From positions 32,001 to 96,000 of the forward strand of contig CAWHHI010000010.1 in assembly GCA_963829055.1 (NCBI GenBank): a stretch of 64,000 bases of DNA, read 5' to 3'. A program made the translations under genes and the position numbers. The stretch comes from an uncultured Gemmatimonadaceae bacterium (GTDB taxonomy: Bacteria > Gemmatimonadota > Gemmatimonadetes > Gemmatimonadales > Gemmatimonadaceae). Within the stretch, counting starts at the first letter, position 1. Each line of letters begins with the position of its first letter. Shown here piece after piece: positions 1-12,310 of the stretch. The notes beneath the pieces were generated by a model. The model was not told where the DNA came from and did not search any database. It worked only from the letters and a program-made list of their open reading frames with translations.

Positions 1-2505
1 CGGCGTGCTGCTTGGGGCCGAGCGCTTCCTGTCCGAGATCCGGGTCACGGCGAGTCTCCGGCATCCGAACCTCCTGCCGCTGTTCGACTCCGGAGAAGCG
101 GGTGGGCTGCTGTACTACGTCATGCCGCTCATCGATGGATCGACGCTCCGCGCGCGACTCCAGCGTGAGCGGCAGCTGCCCGTGGACGAGGCCGTACGCA
201 TCGTGCGCGTGATCGCAGGCGCGCTCGACTATGCGCATCGGCAGGGCGTCGTACACCGCGACCTCAAGCCGGAGAACATCCTGCTGCAGGATGATCAGCC
301 GCTCGTCGCGGACTTCGGGATCTCACTCGCCGTGACGCGGGCCGCGAGCTCGCAGCGGACAACCGCCGGCATTTCGTTAGGCACGCCGAAGTACATGAGT
401 CCGGAGCAGGCCGCCGGCGCCTCCGATGTGGACGGCCGGAGTGACATCTACTCGCTGGCCTGCGTGCTCTACGAGTTGCTGGCCGGCGAGCCGCCGTTCA
501 CCGGCGACACCGTTCAAGCGGTGATCGCCAGAGTGCTCGCCGAAGCACCGGCCAGCGTACGGACGCTTCGTCCGGGCGTTCCTGCTCACCTCGATGCGGC
601 CCTCACGCGCGCGTTGGCCAAGCTCCCGGCAGACCGGTACGCGACTGCCCGTGAGTTCGGCGATGCGCTCGTCCTCGCGTCGACGGCGGCCTCCGCGGAC
701 GTGCAGGCGACTGCCGCACCGTGGCGCAGTCCGGCCCGCCTGGCACTCGTGGCAGTCGCGACCGTCGCTGTCCTGAGCTGCTGTCTGGCTGGCGACACGC
801 GCGCCCGCCGGCGACGTGTCACAGTTCGTCGAACGAGGCCTGATCGATCAGTCGATAAATAGCGCCGTCACGATCACGCCAGACGGTCGCGCGCTCGCGT
901 ACACCGGACAGGCGGGATCCCGAGGTCCGCTCATCGTGCGGCCGTTGTCCCAGCGCCCGGAGCGCGCGCTGCCCGGCACCGAGCGCGCGATCCTGCCGTT
1001 CGTTTCGCCAGACGGCAGGCGGCTCGCCTTCGTCTCGAGCGACGACAAGCTCGGGTCGGTATCGATCGAGGACGCGTCGGACGCCGACGGCGCCGCCGGC
1101 CGGTTGCTACGCCGTGTCTTCCGAGCGACGGAGCCGTGGCGGTATGGCAACGGCGCCTGGGTCGGGGATAGCCTCATCGTAACCGAATGGGACTCTACCG
1201 GGCTATCGACCGGCCTACCCGCGGAAGGGCCGCGGCGTCGGCTCACGCGGGTGGATCGTGCACGGGGCGAAGTGAAGCATGCCGCTCCCCTCGTGATTCC
1301 GGGCGCGCGGGCCGTGGTGTTCACCGTTAGGCATCGCGGTGGCCCTGGCGTTGTCAGCGGACCTCTCGCGATCGCCAAGCTCGATCCCGGAGCCGCCACG
1401 ATATCGCCGCACGCGTTGCTCGGTGTGACGGCTCGTCGCGCCATCGCGGTCGTGGATGGCTGGCTGCTCTTCATCACGACGGACGGCAAAGCCATCCAGG
1501 CCGTTCGGTTCGACCCCGAGCGCCAGCGAATCTCCGGGAGCCCGATCCTGGTGCTCGAGGATGCACTGGGGAACCTCGAATCGGCAGCGCTCGCCGACAA
1601 CGGCACGCTGCTGTACGTGCGCCGGCCACGGACCAACAGCGTGGTGTTCATCGATCAGCGAGGAGCGGTGCGCCCGCTGTTCGAGAGTACCCGTGGATCG
1701 TTCATGTACCCACGGGTGTCACCGGACGGCAAGCGGTTCGCAGTACAGATGACGTCGGCCGAGGACGACCAATCGAATGTTCTGGTCTATGACATCGCGT
1801 CGCGAGCTCCTACGCCGCTCACGAGCACCGGTATGGCGCTCCATCCGACGTGGACGCCAGACGGACGCCGGATCGTTTTCATGTTACGTGGCACCCGCGA
1901 GCTCGCGTGGCAGCCGGTTGACGGCCAGGGCGCGGCCGAAAAGATCCCGCTGACCGGGGGCTCATTCGCGCCAATGGTGTCGCCCGACGGCCACTCCATT
2001 GTCTTTCAGCGCGGTCGTCAGAGCGCGATCGATGCGAGCATCTCGGTCTGTCCCCGTCGTCGGAGGGATCGCGCCGCGCCCGGTGCTCCAGGATCCTGCC
2101 AACAGCTACGAGGCCGCCGTATCGCCTAACGGGCGCTGGCTGGCGTATACGTCGAACGTATCGGGGCGCGCCGAGGTCTACGTGCGAGCGTTCCCGGGCC
2201 CCGGGCTCGCCGTGCAGGTCTCCGACAGCGGCGGAAACGAAGCAGCATGGTCGCCCGATGGCCAGAACATCTACTACCGTGCCAAGCGCGGGTTCATGGA
2301 GGTGGCAGTGACGACGCCGGCGCTTCACATCACGTCGCAGCGCCGGCTGTTCAAGGACACGTACAGCGGCAGCATGCAGCATCGGAATTATGATGTCGCG
2401 CCCGACGGATCGGGATTTTTCATGATCTCGCAGGAAAACCCCGAGGCCGTCGTCACGCTCAATTGGGTGACGGCGTTGCGGACGCAGCTGCGGGGCGCGC
2501 GTTAG
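1..2505 (+). CDS. Hanks-type Ser/Thr protein kinase with TM segment and C-terminal TolB/PD40-like beta-propeller; 5' end outside window, about 2 frameshifts
   Basis: ORF 5..862 has HRDLKPEN, DFG and GTPKYMSPE. ORFs 816..2129 and 1999..2505 continue with repeated SPDG/WSPDG propeller motifs. Frame changes near 780-820 and about 2040. Confidence 0.85.
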
Positions 2506-2507
2506 GC

Positions 2508-5471
2508 GTGTTTCGCGAGATTCCCTGGGCAGCACTGGCGCTGCTGCTCGCGGCCCGCGTGGCGATCGCACAGACGGGCACGCTCGTCGGCCGGGTGACG
2601 AATGCACTCACCGGGGCCGCCGGTGACCACGGCGGAGGTGACGGTCACCGGAACCCCGTTGACAGCGCGGGTAGACGCGGACGGGCGATTCCGCCTGCCT
2701 AACGTCCCGATCACCGCCCACGAGGCACGCGCACGTGGGTTGGGCTACCAGCCGAGCCACCGTCACGTTCTCGCTCACGGCCGACGCGACCGCAGCCGTC
2801 GCGATCCCGATGACCGCCAGCACGATCGAGCTGGATGCCGTCATGGTCACCGGCGCCGTGGGCGACACGCGTCGACGAGCGGTCGGTCATTCGGTCGCGG
2901 TCGTGAACGGGAGGGAAATCGTCGGCCGATCCGCCGTCGCGAACCTCACGGAAGTCCTCCAGGCCAAGGTCCCGGGACTCACTGTCGCGCCGACGTCCGG
3001 CACCGTCGGCACGGCAGCGAGCTACCGACTGCGAGGCGCGGGGTCGCTCGGCGCCTCGAACACGCCGACGATCTATGTGGATGGCGTGCGAGTGAGCGCG
3101 CGCAGCCAGGGCAACTATGACGTCTTCGGGCAATCGACGACGGCGCTCGATGCCATCAGCCCAGCGGACATCGAGTCGATCGAGGTCATCAAGGGACCGT
3201 CGGCGTCCACGCTCTACGGGGCCGAAGCGGCGGCGGGCGTGATTCAGATCTTCACGAGGAAAGGCCGACCGGGACGAACCCGATGGGACGCTCGTGTCGA
3301 GACCGGGCGGTCCGACTGGGACGAGCGCTCGCGGCCGGAGAACTTCGCGGTGGTGACGGCCGCGCGCCGCGACAGTGTCGCGGACTACCCCGGCTTCCAG
3401 GGAAAGGCGTTAGGCGATCTGGTTTCATTCCGGCCCATGTCGGACGGCCGGGCGCTTCGCGGCGCCGACCTGTCCAAGCTCGTGCTCTCGGCGAGCGGCG
3501 GGGCCGAGCGATACACCTTCTTCGTATCCGCGGCCCGAACAAGGGAAGAGGGTGTGTATCTCAACAACTACTCCAACCTCACGTCGGCTCGGGCGAATGT
3601 CACGCTCGTCCCGACGAACACGCTCAGCTTCACCACGAACGTCTCGCTCAGCCGCACGCATCTCCGGCTGCCACTGAGCGACAACGCCGGTCCGTATGGC
3701 CTGATGGCCAGCTCGTACCTCGCGGTACCGGGGAAGCTGTACCGGACGTCAGGCGAGCAGAATTACTCAGCTGATCAACCCGGAACAGGCCGCGGCGTAC
3801 GACAATCAAACACGGGCCGACCGATACACCATCGGCGCGAGTGCTGACTACACGCCGTACTCCTGGCTCAGGAATGCGGTCCGTGTAGGACTGGACGCGA
3901 ACGTCGGACAAGCGGATCTGTACTTTCCGCCAACCGTGTCGCCCGCGTACGTCGCGCGCGTGAGCCTCGGTCTCGACAATTCGAAGGGTGTCATTGCGCA
4001 GGGGCGGCCACTCACGCACGATATCACGGTGAGCTACGACGGGACCGCGACGCGCCGCTGGTCCGAGCGGCTCGTGTCGACGACATCGTTAGGCATGCAG
4101 TACCTCGCGACCACGTTCCGGCGCACCGATGCGTTCGGGGTCGATTTCGGCAGTGGCGACCTGCGTTCGATCACGTCCGCCGCGGTGAGAACCGGCAGCG
4201 ACTCGTTGTCCGAGCAGAAATCCGTCGGGTTCTACGGGCAGGAGCAACTGTCGCTCGACGATCGGCTGTTCGTCACGCTGGCCGCACGGGTGGACAACAA
4301 CTCCGCGTTCGGCCCGACGTTGCACCGGGTGGTCTATCCGAAGGCGTCGATCTCGTACGTGATGTCGGACGAGCCGTACTTCAAGGTGCCTGGAATCAGC
4401 GCACTGCGATTGCGCGCGGCGTGGGGGCAGGCGGGCAACTCACCGGGTCCGTTCGATGCCACCCGTTCTTACGTCTCATCGGTCGTCACGACGAGCAGCG
4501 GTTCGACGTCCGCGCTGCGGTACGCATCGGCTGGCAATCCCGACCTTCGTCCGGAGCGCGGCTCCGAGATCGAGCTCGGCTTCGAGAGCGCATTCCTCGG
4601 CGGACGCGCATCGCTGGACGCCAGCTACTACCAGAAGACCACCCACGACGCGCTCATCCCGGTCCCTGTCGCTGCATCCACCGGCTTCGTCGGGGACCAG
4701 CTCACGAACCTGGGCGAGATCTCCAACAGGGGAATCGAGCTCCTGCTGAGAGGCACTCCCGTGCAGCACAGGCGGCTGACGATCGACGCGTCCATTTCGC
4801 TGGTGACCAATCACAACGAGCTGGTCGCGTTCGGATACGACCGCGGGCCGCTGATCTTCGGCTTCAACGCACTCTCGCAGCGCCATCAGGAGGGGTTTCC
4901 GCTCGGCGGTTTCTGGGCGCAGGTGCCGCAGTACAATCCGGACGGAACGCTCGTGGTCGTCGATGGCCGCCCGGTACCCGACACGGCCAGTGCGTACGTG
5001 GGGTCGTCGGTGCCGACGCGCGAGATGTCTTTCTCCACCGGCATCCTGCTGTTCGGCCGTCTGCGCGTCTTCGGGCTCGCCGACTACAAGGGTGGGCACT
5101 ACCAGTTCGACGTCACGGACTGGCGGCGTGACGTTGCCGGCGTCTCGTGGGAGACGGTGAATCCCGCCGCGGATCCGGACGACGTCCTGGTGCGTCAGTC
5201 CGGGAATCTCACGGCGCTGCATATCCAGAAAGCGGATTTCGTCAAATGGCGCGACCTGTCGATCAGCTATGCGATAGCAACACGCGCCGTACACCGGGTC
5301 GCTCGATCGGCGACGATCACGGTCGCAGGGCACAATCTCACGACGTGGACCCGATATCGCGGCGCAGACCCGGAGGTCAACTACAGTGGACCAACGCGGT
5401 TCAACCGCGATGATCTGTGGACCGCGCCGCAGACGCGCCGCTACTCCGCCGCCGTGGCTCTCTCCTTCTGA
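2508..5471 (+). CDS. SusC/RagA-like TonB-dependent outer membrane receptor (frameshifted)
   Basis: GTG at 2508 with signal peptide, carboxypeptidase-regulatory-like N-domain, plug motif DIESIEVIKGPSASTLYGAEAAAGVIQIFT, barrel motifs NPDLRPE and GADPE, C-terminal Phe. Spread over ORFs 2463..2702, 2602.., 2735..3847 and 3936..5471. Confidence 0.85.
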
Positions 5472-5473
5472 CG

Positions 5474-6781
5474 ATGACATCGATCATTCCACGCGTCACG
5501 GCCGCGAGGGTGCAGGTGGCGAAAACGATGCGGCACGCCGCCGTCGCCTCCTTCATCGCGTTAGGCGCCGGCGGATGCGATGGACTGTTGAAGGTGAACA
5601 ACCCCGCATCCTTGCAGGAAGGACAGCTCGATGATCCCGTGCTCGAGCCGTTCATCATCAACGGCGTGATCGGCGAGTTCCAGTTCGCCTACACGAACTA
5701 CGCGTTCTTCTCCGGCGTTCTTGCCGATGAGGGGTTCCTGGATCACATCAACGTGAACCTCCGCGAGTTCGCGCTCCACAACTTCAACGACATCAACGCC
5801 ACGAACGAGTCGGTGTATGGGAGTCTCCAGCAGGCCAGACAGGCCGCGGACAATGCCGTTGAGCGCGTGAAGAAGATGCTCGGAACCAGGCCGGACGTGA
5901 ATCTCAGCGTCGCCCGCGCGCTGATTTACGGCGGCTATTCATATGTGCTGCTTGGCGAGGGGTTCTGCGAAGCGCCCGTCAATCTCAGCGCTCCGCTCCC
6001 GTCCACAGAGCTCCTCACGAGAGCCATCGCCCACTTCGATGAAGGCATCGCTGCGGCCACCGCGGCGACGACGCCCGCGAACGCGGTGGCGGCGCAGGAT
6101 CTCATTTCGCTGGCACGGGTTGGTGCGGCGCGCGCGTCGCTCAAGAAGGGCGACCTGGAGAAGGCCCGCACGTACGCCCTGGCGGTGCCCGACGGCTACG
6201 AGCGGTTGGCCTACTACTCCGCGAACTCCGCCCGTGAGAACAATGCGATCCAGATAGCCGTACGACAGGCCCAGCCCTGGCTCGGCATGCAGGCGAGATT
6301 TCGGAGCCTCGACGATGCGCGGGTGCCGCAACCGCCGACGCCGCGTGTGTCGCTCGCCGGAAACTCGATCTTTCCGCCCCAGAAGCCGTCGATGTACGGG
6401 GGTTGGACCGGAAGACTGCCCGGCCAGCCGATCGACGTCGCCAGCAGCGTCCGATTCGCCAGCGGTCTGGAAGCTCGGTACATCGTGGCGGAAGCCGATG
6501 GTCCCGGCGCTGCCATGCTGACCTTCGTCAACGGACGCCGCGCCTCGGCCGGCAAGCCGCCCGTCAACCTCGACGGCGCCGCCCTGGTGACGGAGTTCCG
6601 GATGCAGCGGGCCTTCGACTTCTACCTGACCGGGCAGCGGCTGGGCGACCTGCGTCGTTATGCCGACGCAGGAACCGATCTTTTCCCGACCGGGAAGTAC
6701 CCGACGCTGCGCGACTCGTACGGGGCCATGCACTGCTTCATCGTCCCGCTCAGCGAGAAGTCGAGTAACCCGAACTACTAG
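5474..6781 (+). CDS. SusD/RagB-like lipoprotein
   Basis: ATG 2 nt after the SusC stop; lipobox GAGGC; QRAFDFYLTGQRLGDLRR and terminal PLSEKSSNPNY typical of SusD C-termini. Confidence 0.85.
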   Translation: MTSIIPRVTAARVQVAKTMRHAAVASFIALGAGGCDGLLKVNNPASLQEGQLDDPVLEPFIINGVIGEFQFAYTNYAFFSGVLADEGFLDHINVNLREFALHNFNDINATNESVYGSLQQARQAADNAVERVKKMLGTRPDVNLSVARALIYGGYSYVLLGEGFCEAPVNLSAPLPSTELLTRAIAHFDEGIAAATAATTPANAVAAQDLISLARVGAARASLKKGDLEKARTYALAVPDGYERLAYYSANSARENNAIQIAVRQAQPWLGMQARFRSLDDARVPQPPTPRVSLAGNSIFPPQKPSMYGGWTGRLPGQPIDVASSVRFASGLEARYIVAEADGPGAAMLTFVNGRRASAGKPPVNLDGAALVTEFRMQRAFDFYLTGQRLGDLRRYADAGTDLFPTGKYPTLRDSYGAMHCFIVPLSEKSSNPNY

Positions 6782-6895
6782 GTCGTACTCGCCTGGTCAC
6801 GGATCGGGACGCCCTGTCTTGACGCCGTCGCGGTCCGCGTGCTGCTTAGGGGCGCTCGCCCCTTCACGACCCGTACTCCCACACCGGAGGTCACG

Positions 6896-9747
6896 ATGTC
6901 GTTTTGCCGTGGACTGATGATCATGAGCGTCGTCCTCGTGCCGTTAGGTACGACCCTCCCACCACCACTTCTCGCGCAAGGCGGTACAGGTACGATCCGT
7001 GGGCTCGTCAGTCGATCCACCGCCGATTCGCCCGTTCCCGGTGCCCAGGTGTTCATCGTCGGGGGAAAGCTTGGTGCCGTTACCGGGAATGACGGTCGGT
7101 ACACGTTCTCCGAGGTGCCGCCCGGAACACACACGGTCCGCGTTCGTGCGCTCGGATTCCAGCCGATCGAGAAGACCGTCGAGGTCACCGCTGGTCAGGC
7201 AGCTACCGCGGACTTCGTGGTGACGTCGGCGCCGATCGCGCTCGACGAAGTCGTCGTCACCGGCACCGCCGGCTCGGCGCGCAAGCGCGAGGTCGGCAAC
7301 TCGATCAGTCAGGTCAAGCTGTCGGAGACTCCCGAGGTCACGAGCAACGTCTCGAATCTCATCTCCGGACGCATGGCTGGCGTGAGCGTATCCGGCGGCA
7401 CCGGGAACGCGGGCGCGGGATCCTCGATCCGTCTGCGCGGCACGACCAGCGTCGCGCTCTCGAACCAGCCGCTGATCTACGTCGACGGCGTCCGCACGCG
7501 GAGCGATGAGTATCCCCGCAACGGCATCTTCACCGGAACGACGCAGCGCGGCGCCAACGCGTACGGCAGTCCGCTCAACGACATCAATCCCGAAGACATC
7601 GAGCGCATCGAGATCGTGAAGGGCGCGGCCGCGGCCACGCTGTTCGGTACCGACGCCGCCGCGGGTGTCATCCAGATCTTCACGAAGCGCGGCGCCAACG
7701 GCAGCGCCAAATGGAATACGCAGTTCAACACCGGCATCAGCAAGCTGCAGCAGTTCGGTACGGACTCGGTCCCGCTGCTGTTCATGGACCCGTTCGTCCG
7801 GAACGGCGTGCGCTACGGCGGGTCGGCGCAGGTGTCGGGCGGTGCTGGAGACGCGCTGCGCTACCTCGTGTCCGGCGGCGCCGACCTGACGCAAGGCGTG
7901 CTGCCTAACGACGACGAGAAGAAGTATCAGCTCCGCACCAACATGGACTTCCTGCCGGTCAAGAAGATCGCCATGGGCGTGAGTGTGGGATACACGAACA
8001 ACCTCGTTTCGCAGACGCCCGCCGGGAACAACGCGCAGGGGATCACGCTCAACGCGTTCCGCCGCGACCGGAATTACTTCGCGAACGCAAACCCGGACAC
8101 GATCCGCCAGGTGCTCCAGCAGCAGCTCAAGAGCAACATCGACCGCTTGATCATGGGCACGACCATCACCGCGACGCCCATCGCGAACTTCTCCAGCCGG
8201 TTCACGATCGGATACGACCGCGCCGCGGTCGACAACCGCAACGTGCGCCCCTACGGCTTCCCCGCCGTACCGCTCGGCGTCATCCAGGATCAGCGGTGGG
8301 CGAACAACACGCTGAGCACCGACTGGGTGAACAGCTACGACTTCAATGTGAGGCAGGATCTCAAGATCACGGCGTCCGCGGGCACGCAGTACGTGAACTC
8401 GCTCGTGAGCGATGTGGTGGGCTACAGCGAGAACTTCGCGACGCCAGCCGATCCGACCGTCGCCAGCGGCTCGCTCAAGAACGCGGATGAGAATCGCCAG
8501 CGCGTCATCACCGGCGGCGCGTTCGGGCAGGCGCTGGTCGGGTTCAAGGATCGATACTTCCTGACCGTCGGCGCGCGCATCGACGGCAACAGCGCATTCG
8601 GCGAGGACTTCGGATTCCAGACCTACCCCAAAGTGAGCGGGTCGTGGGTGATCAGCGAGGAGCCGTTCTGGCTGTCGTCGTTAGGTAGCCTCAAGCTCCG
8701 CGCCGCGTACGGCGCGGCGGGCCGAGCGCCGGGCGCCTTCGCCGCGGTGCAGACGTGGACCGCGGTTGGATGGGGCGGCCAACCCGCCGTTCGTCCGAAC
8801 AACTTCGGTAACGCTGACCTCGGCCCGGAGCGGACGACCGAGCTCGAGCTCGGCTTCGACCACAGCGTATTCGACGGCCGCTTGAACATCGACTTCACGT
8901 ACTTCGACGCGACCACCACCGACGCGCTGTTCAACGTCCGATCCATCCCGACGAACGGCTTCCTCAACAACGTGCTCAAGAACGTCGGCGAGATGAGCAA
9001 GTCGGGAATCGAAGTCGCCGTCACCGGCACCGTGTGGGACAGCCCGAGACTCGGCATCAACGCAGGCCTGAACCTGAGCACGAACCACAGCAAGGTCGTG
9101 AGCCTCGGCGGCGCGCCGGCGTTCTCGGTCGGCAACTTCGGCTGGGTGATCGAAGGAGAGCCGGCGCCAGTGCTCCGCGGAAAGGTGATCCGCAATCCTG
9201 ACGCGGTCGGCGTCGCGCCCGACACGTCGTCGAACTACGCGTTCGGACCGAGCCAACCGACGCGCATCATCGGCGGTTCACTGAGCATCCGTACGTGGCG
9301 GAACATCACCATCTCGGCGCGCGGCGAGCACCAGGCGGGCGCGTACATCAACGAAGACGCGTCGTACCAGGCGATCTCGCGATCGGTGCTCTGGCCGACG
9401 TGCTTCGACGCCTACGAGAAGCAGGCGGCCAAGCAAGGCGCTGACCGTCAGGGAGACACTCATGTGCGTTCCCGCGAACGCGCGGCAGGACATGTTCATC
9501 TTCAAGGCCGACTTCTTCAAAGTCCGCGACATTACGCTCACGGTTCCGCTCGGCCACGCGATTCCGAGATCAACGAGCAGCTCGATCGTATTCTCGGCGC
9601 AGAACATTTTCAGGAAGAACTACGGCATGCCAATGTTCGATCCCGGAGATGTCCGGGAACGATGGCTTCAATCCGACCGTGCGATATATCTCGGAGCATA
9701 TCCCGGCGCCCGCAGTGTTCCTGACTTCTCTTCGCGTCTCGTTCTGA
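6896..9747 (+). CDS. Second SusC/RagA-like TonB-dependent receptor (frameshifts near 9430 and 9645)
   Basis: GGAGG RBS before ATG 6896; plug motif NDINPEDIERIEIVKGAAAATLFG; NADLGPERT; the C-terminus continues as ADFFKVRDITL, then ...FLTSLRVSF-stop at 9747. Confidence 0.85.
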
Positions 9748-9758
9748 GGATCACGTCA

Positions 9759-11012
9759 ATGACCATGACGAAATTCGAGACGATCCGTCGTACGGCGTTC
9801 ACCCTGGGCTCCGCGGCGCTGATCGCGGCCCTGTCGGCGTGCGAGCTCAAGGTCAGCAATCCCGGACCCGTTCAGGCCGACGCGCTCGACGACCCAAAGG
9901 CTCTGACTTCTGTCGTGAACGGCGCTGGACGCGACCTCGCGGAAGCAATCAACTGGACCGCCTACACCGGCGGCGCGGTGGCGCTCGAGATCTTCCCGGG
10001 TGGATCCACCGGCTCGTTCGGTATCACGCCCCGCCAGCAACAGGGCAAGCTCGTCGACGATGACGACGACACGCACTGGAACTTCTCACAGCGCGCTCGT
10101 TGGACCGCGGAGGATGCGGTGGCGCGCGGCAAGACCGTACTCGGCGCGGCAGCGGCGAACAACGCGACCGTCGCACAGGCGCTGGTGTGGGCCGGCTTCG
10201 CGAATCGCCATCTCGGAGAGAACTTCTGCGAGGGTGTGATCAACGGCGGCGCTCCGCAGCCGTACACGGTCTATCTCGAGCGGGCCGAGGCGAACTTCAC
10301 GGAGGCGATCACCGTCGCGGGTGCCGCGAACAACGCGAACCTCGTGTCGGCTGCGACGGCTGGCCGCGCGTCGGTGCGACTGCTCCGCAACAACCTGACG
10401 GGAGCGGCGGCGGATGCGGCGGCGATCCTGAGCCCATTCACGTATCGCATGCCGTACTTCTCGACGGACCTCGATCAGTACAACCGCATCTACTGGGCGT
10501 CCGCGAATCAGCCGTACCGCGCGCATACGGTGTGGAACACGTTCTACGACAGCTATCGCAAGAGCACGCGTGACCCGCGCGTTCCGTTCGACAGCAGTGC
10601 GACGCAGTTGGTGGGCGACGCGGCGGTCGGGAATCTCGGACGCGTGCGCTGGTACTTCCAGACGAAATACCCGGCGCAGTCCTCACCGATCAACCTGGCG
10701 AGCGGTTGGGAGATGCGTCTCATCGAGGCCGAGGCGAAGCTGGTGGCAGGCGACATTCCGGGGGCGATGACGTCGATGAACCTGCATCGCGTCGCGCTGG
10801 GCCTAACGCCGTGGACAGCGGCGAACGCCACGGACGCATGGACGGCACTCAAGCGCGAGCGTGGTATCGAGCTCTGGTTGGAAAGCCGGCGGCTTGGTGA
10901 CTTCCGTCGCTGGGCAGCGCTCTCGCGGCCGGGAACGTCCGACGACATGACGGGGCGCGACCTCTGTTTCGCCACGCCGCTCTCGGAGAAGCAGACGAAC
11001 CCGAACTACTAG
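9759..11012 (+). CDS. Second SusD/RagB-like lipoprotein
   Basis: Signal peptide with lipobox LSAC; ERGIELWLESRRLGDFRR; terminal PLSEKQTNPNY; clearly paralogous to 5474..6781 (LGE(G/N)FCE motif). Confidence 0.88.
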   Translation: MTMTKFETIRRTAFTLGSAALIAALSACELKVSNPGPVQADALDDPKALTSVVNGAGRDLAEAINWTAYTGGAVALEIFPGGSTGSFGITPRQQQGKLVDDDDDTHWNFSQRARWTAEDAVARGKTVLGAAAANNATVAQALVWAGFANRHLGENFCEGVINGGAPQPYTVYLERAEANFTEAITVAGAANNANLVSAATAGRASVRLLRNNLTGAAADAAAILSPFTYRMPYFSTDLDQYNRIYWASANQPYRAHTVWNTFYDSYRKSTRDPRVPFDSSATQLVGDAAVGNLGRVRWYFQTKYPAQSSPINLASGWEMRLIEAEAKLVAGDIPGAMTSMNLHRVALGLTPWTAANATDAWTALKRERGIELWLESRRLGDFRRWAALSRPGTSDDMTGRDLCFATPLSEKQTNPNY

Positions 11013-11077
11013 CCGCGTGCGGCGTGTTGGTCGCGGGTTGCGCGGGCCACGTGCAGACTGCACGTGGCCCGCAGTCA

Positions 11078-11605
11078 TCAGGGTATTGCTCGCCCCATGG
11101 ATGCGGGGATGAGCATTTCAGGCGGATCGACGGGATTGGGGGTCGAGCCCGTCGACTTGCCGCCCTTGTTCAGCACGTAGGCCACCGACGCGACGACCGC
11201 CACGCCCAGGCCTACGCCTATCACCGTCGTGCGCGCTCGGTCCAGACGCCGAGATTCCACGCGCAGCACGTCGGAGCGGACAAGCGTCAGCGGATGCACC
11301 TGCGTCTTGAGGCGGACGTTCGCTTCCATGTAGCTCGTGGGCACCGCGAGCTGCACCGTGTCCGACTCGAGCCGCGAGACCGTCCCACTCACGTTGAACC
11401 CGTCGAGCAACCGGCTGAGCGAGTCGGACTCCGTTCGCAGCCGGTCGACGGCGACCGCGGACAACTGCATGCGCACGGCCATGTCCGGCTCCAGTTCGGT
11501 GACCGGAACGGGCACGTAGCGATAGCAACCAGCGGTTGCTCCGAGGCAGACTGCGACCGCAGCCCGGGACAGTCGCGCACCACGACGGACGAAGAGTGTA
11601 ACCAT
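11078..11605 (-). CDS. Hypothetical lipoprotein with C-terminal TM helix
   Basis: MVTLFVRRGAR...ATAGC|YRYVPV lipobox-like N-terminus, hydrophobic segment VIGVGLGVAVVASVAYV, and typical codon usage. Confidence 0.7.
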   Translation of the reverse strand: MVTLFVRRGARLSRAAVAVCLGATAGCYRYVPVPVTELEPDMAVRMQLSAVAVDRLRTESDSLSRLLDGFNVSGTVSRLESDTVQLAVPTSYMEANVRLKTQVHPLTLVRSDVLRVESRRLDRARTTVIGVGLGVAVVASVAYVLNKGGKSTGSTPNPVDPPEMLIPASMGRAIP

Positions 11606-11674
11606 GCTGTGCCTCGTTGAGTGACGAGTGAATCTCGCGCTAACAGTGCGACATGGCGCGCGTTCTCGCAAAGG

Positions 11675-12273
11675 TGTCATCCCGAGGAGGGAATGACGGC
11701 ATGCTTTGGCGTCTCTGGATCCAACAGCGACGCAGAATTCGCAGGCGGGCGCTTCGCGGCCGCAACGCAGAAGGCCGCAGAAAACTGCAACGGCCACGGC
11801 AACTGCTATTCAGCGCGGAGGGCTGCTTCGGCAACCATCGAGACGGACCGCTCCGACAGCACATCCAGAACCCAGAGTGTTGAACTGATTGGGCGGAAAC
11901 GACTGAAACGGCCCAATGTGATCGCGACCGGTACAGATCGCGCAACGGGGCCTTTTGAAAAAGGGAGAACGGCCTCGGGAGACCAGTGCGTCCCGAGGCC
12001 GTTCTCCTTCAGTCGCGGCTCGTTGCGCCGCCGACTCTCCCGGCATCAGGTGCGATCCGCCCGATCCGATGTTTCCGGCCGTTTCCGTTCCCACCCTCGG
12101 TTCTGGATGCATGGCGAAGCAGTGCTCCGCGTCCTCTGCGTCGCTGTTGGAATGGCGCGCCCGACTGTACCTGACGCGAGACCGGCTACACGGTCCTCAC
12201 AGGAGATCCCTCGCGGTCGCTCGGGATGACAGCACTGTCGCTCGGGATGACGGCACTGTCGCTCGGGATGACA
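11675..12273. repeat. Compound nested palindromic element (REP-family-A arms enclosing other inverted repeats)
   Basis: TGTCATCCCGAG at 11675; AGATCCCTCG then three copies of CGCTCGGGATGAC with 21-bp period at 12204-12273; internal perfect IRs 11720-11736/12135-12151 and 11862-11872/12099-12109. Confidence 0.8.
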
Positions 12274-12310
12274 CCGACGCCGCGGCACTGCCTTCGCGGT
12301 TGCGTCTCAC

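Noticed and set aside
9462..11012. Apparent SusC-SusD fusion ORF
   Set aside because: Produced by an indel near 9645; the SusC terminus (RVSF-stop 9747) and a separate SusD start with lipobox are both visible.
12204..12273. Triplicated 21-22 bp units (also 20641-20712) as a mini-CRISPR
   Set aside because: Spacers are only about 8 bp and similar to each other, the unit is the REP arm, and no cas genes are present.
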